Below, piece by piece: positions 58,411 through 64,000 of a DNA stretch of 64,000 nt. Numbering within the stretch: position 1 is the first letter of the stretch; every line of letters begins with the position of its first letter. The notes under the pieces are model-generated. The model had not been told where the DNA came from. It saw only the letters and a list, made by a program, of their open reading frames with translations, and did no database searches. The DNA comes from Polyangiaceae bacterium. GTDB taxonomy: Bacteria; Myxococcota_A; Polyangia; Polyangiales; Polyangiaceae. Both the position numbers and the translations under genes were made by a program. The DNA is taken from the NCBI GenBank assembly GCA_044376115.1, contig JBILLK010000025.1, forward strand, positions 1-64,000. Direction: 5' to 3'.

Positions 58411-60276
58411 CTAGCGTCGGCGCGCTGCTCGCCAGCTCTCGTGCAGCAGCACCACCAGCGCACCCAAGGCGAACAGCGCAAGTGGCAGTACCACCGCGAC
58501 GAACACGGGGGAGAACACGGCCTCGGAGCGAGCCTTTCGCTTCAGCTGTTTGAGCTTTTCAAGGCGCAGGGTAGGGAGGCCTTCAGCTCGGCCGGCGGCC
58601 GGCATCTGGCTTTCGATAATCACGCGCAGGCGTTTGCGTGAAGCGGCGAAAGACTCTGCGCGCAGGTCCATGGCGGTTGCTTCGTGCGCTCCCACCTCGT
58701 CGAGCGTGCGGCTAAGCAGAGCGTTCGCCACGCTGAGGGTGGCGGGGACGTCTTTGCGAGCAGCGAGTTCGAGCAGGCCTGCGTCCTCGAGTCCGCGGCG
58801 CAACGCTTTGAGACGAAGCGATGGAACCACGCCGTCAACGCCCAGGTCGTGGGGGCCCAGGCTGGCGGCGAGCCGACCTGGGTAGAACAAGAGGCCGTCG
58901 TAAAGCGCGACGTCCCCAGCGCTGTTGTGGAACGTCTCTACGTTGCTGAACACGTCGCTCGGGCCTTTCCCTCCGCGATTGCCGTCGTTCCAGAAAATGC
59001 TCTCCCAATAGAACCAGCGGTCGACGTCGTGGATGGAGGCGATCCAACCGTTTGCGGTCAGACTCGTGAGCGGTACATCCAGCCCCAGCGCGCCGGCAAA
59101 AGGTAGTTGCCCATTGTAGATCCACACCTTCTTTCCGAGCGCTCGCGCTTCGGCGGCTGCCACGGGCGAGAAGGCTTGGGCCGGCGACATCACCAGGTCC
59201 ACGGCCTGCGTAGCGGGTGGCTCATGGCAGGTGTGGCCGACCACGAGGGCGAGCTGCTCGCGTTCGAGCAGCGCCTTCCACAATCTTCCGCGAGGGTTGT
59301 CGCATTGTTCGTCGATCGCGTACAGAAAGACGTCTTCCACCGAACGAGGGATCGCTTCGCGTAGCGCGCGGATGTTTGCCACTTGGGCGACGCGTGGCTC
59401 GCCAAGGATGCCGTACATTCCAACCGGAGCGAGCGAGGTGGGTACGCCTGCTCCGGGGCCCGTGTAGCCTTGGCTCTCGCTGAACCACGAGCCGTCGAAG
59501 GACCCTCGCAGCCGCTCGACGTCTGCTGGTTCGGCGATTTGGGTGACGGTGTCGAGCCCGTGGGCGTGCGCGAGCTGAACCAGCCTCTTCTCGACCGGCT
59601 CGAACGGGGTGAAGCCATGCCGCAAGGTGTCCTGCTCGTAGAAGATGTGGGCACGCGCTGCGCGATAGGGCAGCTCAACGGCGGATATCTCGAGCTCGAG
59701 GGTGGAGGTCGCGAGCAGTCCCTGATCGGACTCCACGCGCACGCGAAGCGAGCGTCGGCCCGGGTCGATACCGTACGGGATGAACGCTTCGACGAAGAAC
59801 ACAACCGCACGACCCGGTTCGACCTGCGCCGGGTAGGGGAGCCAACGGGGGGCCTGTTCGACAGGGATGAGCGCGTCGGGCAGCCAGCCCAAGTCCTCCG
59901 GCCCCGGTGGGCGCGCAGGGGCCAAAAAGAACAGCGATTCGTGGCTATCACCTGTGCGTGAGCGCCGTGAAACCCTGACGAAGTGCTCGAGAAAGCGCTG
60001 GAAGTTCAGCCCCGCCTGTTCGCCCTCGATTGTCAGCCTCAGCCCTGAGAGCGGAGCGTCGGTGTCGACGCTTACCTGAAACGCAAGGTGCTCTCCGCGC
60101 AGCACCTGTTGCTCGAGCGAGGCGTTGCAACTGCCTGTAATCAGAGCCCCGGATTGTTCGCGCGCGACGCGGACGCCCTCGTCGAGCAGACACACGCGGG
60201 TTTCAGCGAAGGCGCGGGAAGGTAACAGCAAGGAGACAGCGAAGCCGAGCCACCTCGCGTGAGAGCTGCTCAACAT
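58411..60276 (-). CDS. DUF4091-like (glycoside hydrolase-like) exported protein
   Basis: Signal peptide, DE motif, DGLLFYPG, PSLRLKALRRGLED, C-terminal TM. Confidence 0.7.
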   Translation of the reverse strand: MLSSSHARWLGFAVSLLLPSRAFAETRVCLLDEGVRVAREQSGALITGSCNASLEQQVLRGEHLAFQVSVDTDAPLSGLRLTIEGEQAGLNFQRFLEHFVRVSRRSRTGDSHESLFFLAPARPPGPEDLGWLPDALIPVEQAPRWLPYPAQVEPGRAVVFFVEAFIPYGIDPGRRSLRVRVESDQGLLATSTLELEISAVELPYRAARAHIFYEQDTLRHGFTPFEPVEKRLVQLAHAHGLDTVTQIAEPADVERLRGSFDGSWFSESQGYTGPGAGVPTSLAPVGMYGILGEPRVAQVANIRALREAIPRSVEDVFLYAIDEQCDNPRGRLWKALLEREQLALVVGHTCHEPPATQAVDLVMSPAQAFSPVAAAEARALGKKVWIYNGQLPFAGALGLDVPLTSLTANGWIASIHDVDRWFYWESIFWNDGNRGGKGPSDVFSNVETFHNSAGDVALYDGLLFYPGRLAASLGPHDLGVDGVVPSLRLKALRRGLEDAGLLELAARKDVPATLSVANALLSRTLDEVGAHEATAMDLRAESFAASRKRLRVIIESQMPAAGRAEGLPTLRLEKLKQLKRKARSEAVFSPVFVAVVLPLALFALGALVVLLHESWRAARRR

Positions 60277-60420
60277 GGCTCGCTCCGAAGTTGGCGGTCT
60301 CGTTTAGGGTTCATAGCCAGGGCCCGGGTCATTCCCTTCTTGTCCGGCGCAGTGTATGAAACCGGGGATAACCCGTCGGCTCTCGCGAGCATCGCCTTCG
60401 CAACGTTCGGACTATACGCC

Positions 60421-61764
60421 ATGAAAATTACTGTTTTCGGTTCCGGCTATGTTGGTCTCGTCACGGGCGCCTGTCTGGCCGATGTCGGTCATCAGGTCGT
60501 CTGTGTCGATGTTGATGCGCGCAAAGTTGAGATGTTGCGCGGTGGGGAAGTCCCCATTTACGAACCTGGGCTTTCTGAATTGGTGCGCAATTGCGCCGCC
60601 CAGGGAACGCTGTCGTTTACCACCTCGGCAGAAGAAGGAGTTGCTCACGGTGAGGTGATCTTCATCGCTGTAGGAACGCCGCCGGATGAGGATGGATCCT
60701 CGGACCTAAAGTACGTGTTCGCGGTCGCCAAGTCGATCGCCCAGCACATGACCACCGCCAAGGTGATCGTGGACAAGTCCACCGTGCCGGTCGGCACCGC
60801 CGATCAGGTGACGGCTCTCGTCCGCGAAGGGCTCGCGGCGCGCGGCGTTTCGATCCCGTTCAGCGTCTGCTCGAACCCGGAGTTCCTCAAGGAGGGCAGC
60901 GCGATTGAGGACTTCACGCGCGCCTCGCGCATCGTGATCGGTACCGACTCCGACGACGTCCGCAACGCCATGAGGCAGTGCTACGCGCCCTACAACCGCA
61001 ACCACGACAAGATCCTCTTCATGGGCGTGCGCGCGGCGGAGCTGACCAAGTACGCCGCCAACGCCATGCTCGCGACGAAGATCAGCTTCATGAACGAGAT
61101 GGCTCAACTGGCTGAACGGCTCGATGTGGATATCGAACAGGTCCGTATCGGCATCGGTTCGGATCCGCGCATCGGCTTTCACTTCATCTACCCGGGCTGC
61201 GGCTACGGCGGCTCCTGCTTCCCCAAGGACATCAAAGCGCTCCGCCATATTGCGCAGCAAAACGGCTATGAATCGCGTGTGCTCGACGCTGTGGAGCTCA
61301 CCAATGATCACCAGAAGACCACCCTCTTCTCCAAGCTGCAGCACGCGTTCGAGGGGCAGCTCTCCGGCAAGACCATCGCTGTGTGGGGTCTGGCGTTCAA
61401 ACCCAACACGGATGACATGCGGGAGGCTCCCAGCCGCGTGATGATGGAAGCCATTTGGGCGGCTGGCGGTAAGGTGCGGGCCTTTGATCCGAAGGCCAGT
61501 GAGGAAGCGCACCGGATCTTTGGGGACCGCAAAGACCTCGTTCTGTGCAAGCAACGTGATGAGGCGCTGGCCGGTGCCGACGCGCTCGTCATCTGCACCG
61601 AGTGGAAGGCCTTCCGTTCGGTCAACTTCGGCTGGCTGAAGTCGCAGCTGAAGTCCCCCGTGGTGGTGGACGGCCGCAATCTCTTTGACCCGGAAGACGT
61701 GGCTGCCGCCGGGCTGCGCTACTACGCCGTTGGGCGTGGCCACACCACCTTCGCGAAGGCCTGA
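60421..61764 (+). CDS. ugd: UDP-glucose 6-dehydrogenase
   Basis: GSGYVG, KSTVPVGT, NPEFLKEG, GYGGSCFPKD, AFKPNTDDMRE. Confidence 0.95.
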   Translation: MKITVFGSGYVGLVTGACLADVGHQVVCVDVDARKVEMLRGGEVPIYEPGLSELVRNCAAQGTLSFTTSAEEGVAHGEVIFIAVGTPPDEDGSSDLKYVFAVAKSIAQHMTTAKVIVDKSTVPVGTADQVTALVREGLAARGVSIPFSVCSNPEFLKEGSAIEDFTRASRIVIGTDSDDVRNAMRQCYAPYNRNHDKILFMGVRAAELTKYAANAMLATKISFMNEMAQLAERLDVDIEQVRIGIGSDPRIGFHFIYPGCGYGGSCFPKDIKALRHIAQQNGYESRVLDAVELTNDHQKTTLFSKLQHAFEGQLSGKTIAVWGLAFKPNTDDMREAPSRVMMEAIWAAGGKVRAFDPKASEEAHRIFGDRKDLVLCKQRDEALAGADALVICTEWKAFRSVNFGWLKSQLKSPVVVDGRNLFDPEDVAAAGLRYYAVGRGHTTFAKA

Positions 61765-61942
61765 GTTCGTGAGTGCTCGCGCCCGCCGTTAGCGTGACGG
61801 CGGGCCGCGAGCTGGCCGCGAGCTGAGCTGACTGAAGGTCAATGGGTGGTGGGTTGATCCAGTCGGGCCGCGCAGGAGCGCGTTTAATGCGCTAAATTCT
61901 GCAGAAACGTGGCGGCTCGAGGCTTGCTAACCAGTAGTCAGC

Positions 61943-62443
61943 ATGCGCTTGAACTCCCCGCGGCAGCCGCGAATCGTGGCCCCCACCTGTGCGAAGCCTC
62001 GGTCATTGCCACCGATTCACCCTCCCCCGGTGAAGCTCGCGTCTGCGGCCGAGCATACGGCTGAGCTACCGATCGAGAGCTACTTCCGCGAGCTCTCATT
62101 TGGGGTCGATCCAACCACGGTTCCGGTGATCGCGAACGCCTTCCAGGAGGAAGCTGCGCTGAGCAACAGCGCCCTCGAGCTCGATGAGGGCGACTTCATC
62201 GAGCTGCCGTCGCCGGAACCACCGGAGGTGGAAGATCTCGGCGCAACCACGCAGTTGGCCGTCGCCGTTGATCCGAGGACGGCGCGGTTCGTCGTCACGG
62301 CCGGGTTCGTCCCAGGCGAACTCGTTCTCCGTGCGCTGCGGCCGGGTGAGCCTCCACCGCCCGACGCACCGATCGCCACGCTGGTTCCGAGCTGCGGCTT
62401 CGATGCCTATCGCATCGGTGGGCAGCTCAACAACCGTCGCTGA
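61943..62443 (+). CDS. Hypothetical protein
   Basis: 166-aa ORF filling the gap; acidic/Pro-rich. Confidence 0.5.
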   Translation: MRLNSPRQPRIVAPTCAKPRSLPPIHPPPVKLASAAEHTAELPIESYFRELSFGVDPTTVPVIANAFQEEAALSNSALELDEGDFIELPSPEPPEVEDLGATTQLAVAVDPRTARFVVTAGFVPGELVLRALRPGEPPPPDAPIATLVPSCGFDAYRIGGQLNNRR

Positions 62444-62447
62444 GCGC

Positions 62448-63248
62448 CTATCGCCGATCTGGGTAGGTGGAGCGCATGACGCGCCCCATGAGCTTTACCG
62501 CCAATCGCCTTGGTAGCAGCGAGAACAGCCGCATCGCCGCGCGGTTACCCCGACCGAGGATCACGACGGGACCTGGTTGCCAAAGCGCCTCGAGGGCTGC
62601 TCGCGCGACCTCCGCTGGCTTGGCTACGAGCGGGCTCCAAAGCTGTGCGCCGGAGCGCTGGAAGTTGGGCGTCTGCACGGCGCCGGGACAAGCAACGATC
62701 ACGTGCACGCCGTCCTTCGCGACCTCCTCGGCGAGCGCTTCGCCGAGCCGTACGAGGAACGCCTTGGTCGCCCCGTACAAGGCTGTCTTCGCGTGGCCGA
62801 TCAACCCGGCGTTGGAGCCGACGAGCAGAATGGCGCCTCGGCCTTGGGCGCGAAAACGGGGCAATAGCGCACGAATGAGTTCGACCGGCGCGCTGGTGTT
62901 GACCGCGATCACACGCGCGGCCTTCGCCGCGTCGAGCTCGCTAAAGTAGCCAATCTGCGAATCGGCAGCGTTGTAGACCAAGAGCGCGAGCGGACATTGT
63001 GTCGTTGCTGCGGCGATCGTCGCTGCGGCGTTGGGGTCCGCGAGATCGTGATGCAACGGCAACACCTCGATACCGAACTTCGATCGCAGCTCGGTTGCTA
63101 AGAGCGCGAGCTTCTCGAGGTCGAGATCCACCAGCACCAAGTTCAAGCCGCGCTCGGCGAGTTGTGAAGCGAACTCGGCTCCCAAGCCTTCTGCCGCGCC
63201 GGCGATCAAGGCCCACGGCCCGAAGCGACGGTAAAAATCTTTTGCCAC
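62448..63248 (-). CDS. SDR oxidoreductase
   Basis: AGAAEGLG, YNAA, YGATK. Confidence 0.88.
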   Translation of the reverse strand: MAKDFYRRFGPWALIAGAAEGLGAEFASQLAERGLNLVLVDLDLEKLALLATELRSKFGIEVLPLHHDLADPNAAATIAAATTQCPLALLVYNAADSQIGYFSELDAAKAARVIAVNTSAPVELIRALLPRFRAQGRGAILLVGSNAGLIGHAKTALYGATKAFLVRLGEALAEEVAKDGVHVIVACPGAVQTPNFQRSGAQLWSPLVAKPAEVARAALEALWQPGPVVILGRGNRAAMRLFSLLPRRLAVKLMGRVMRSTYPDRR

Positions 63249-63250
63249 GA

Positions 63251-64000
63251 CTACTCAGCTTTCTGCGGGCTGGGGGGCAACAGCTTGCGGCGCAACCAAG
63301 CGAGCAGCGGGCGCTCGAAGCCAACGTGGAGCGCGACGGCGACGGCCACCGACGCGCTCAACAAGAAGGCGATCAACGCCGCTGTTCCAAGCGAGCCGAG
63401 ATCGCGGTCACGTGCGAGCAAACGAAGTACCGGATAGATGACGTACGGATGCACGAGGTAAAGAATGTAGGAGGCCTCCCCGATCACGAACAGGCTGCGA
63501 TTTTTGGTCGTGGTTTGAAACAGCCGTTCGAGCAGCGTTGCTGACAGCACGATGAAGAACGAGGGCACCCCCGCTGAGAGTGCGCGGTGGACGTTGAAGC
63601 TGTCCTTCCATTCGCCCACGTAAAGCAGCGTAAGGGCCGCGGCCAGGACGACGCCAAGCAATGCGGCCCACGCGCGACTGAGCTTACGGCCCTCGGCGCG
63701 CCGCGAGACCTCGTCGAAGACGACGAAGACCGCAATTCCCAGCACGAACTCCAGCACGATGGGCGCCATCCAGGTCGACAGGACGGTGGATTGCGGCAAG
63801 CCCCACGTCAGGCCGATCACCGACGCCAGCCCAATGGCGCCAGCGCACAGCAGGTGGGCGCGCCGCGGACTGATCAGCAACGCCAGCGCGAATACGACGT
63901 AGAAGAACAGCTCGTAGTTGAGCGACCAGCCAAGGATCAACGTAGGAAATACGCCGTTTCCTGCGTCGTGCGGCACGAACAAGAGCGAGAGCAGGAGGTG
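63251..64000 (-). CDS. Acyltransferase family 3 (ExoZ/OafA-like), 5' end outside window
   Basis: GWSLNYELFFY, EFVLG, GEASYILYLVH, FERP. Confidence 0.88.
   Translation of the reverse strand, partial: HLLLSLLFVPHDAGNGVFPTLILGWSLNYELFFYVVFALALLISPRRAHLLCAGAIGLASVIGLTWGLPQSTVLSTWMAPIVLEFVLGIAVFVVFDEVSRRAEGRKLSRAWAALLGVVLAAALTLLYVGEWKDSFNVHRALSAGVPSFFIVLSATLLERLFQTTTKNRSLFVIGEASYILYLVHPYVIYPVLRLLARDRDLGSLGTAALIAFLLSASVAVAVALHVGFERPLLAWLRRKLLPPSPQKAE

Noticed and set aside
61801..61835. Short direct repeats (ggccgcgagct x2) after ugd, and cgatcgcgcggg x2 near 53451-53481
   Set aside because: Only two copies with no spacers; not CRISPR-like

Overview
GC-rich (roughly two-thirds G+C by eye) bacterial chromosomal window. 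Many Gly-linker lipoproteins, a DUF1501-type cluster, a PilZ protein and a kinase-STAND fusion suggest a myxobacterium (Myxococcota, possibly Polyangiales-like); this is inferred from gene content only. About 50 CDSs cover DNA repair/recombination (UvrD/PcrA, AlkA-like, Lhr, ComM/YifB, RecA, SSB), lipid remodelling, c-type cytochrome lipoproteins and a polysaccharide-related group at the right end. No rRNA, tRNA, CRISPR array, transposase or reverse transcriptase was recognised. Top observations: (1) the first gene ends in what looks like a diversity-generating-retroelement variable region (A-depleted, NNY codons, CLec/FGE fold), with no template repeat or RT in the window, and is followed by an orphaned 3' half of another FGE gene; (2) a cobalamin riboswitch controls a lone uncharacterised lipoprotein; (3) recA-ssb, whose SSB lacks the acidic tail, and comM both have sigma54-like promoter motifs, suggesting a non-SOS recombination/competence regulon. 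All assignments come from motif reading, not database searches.
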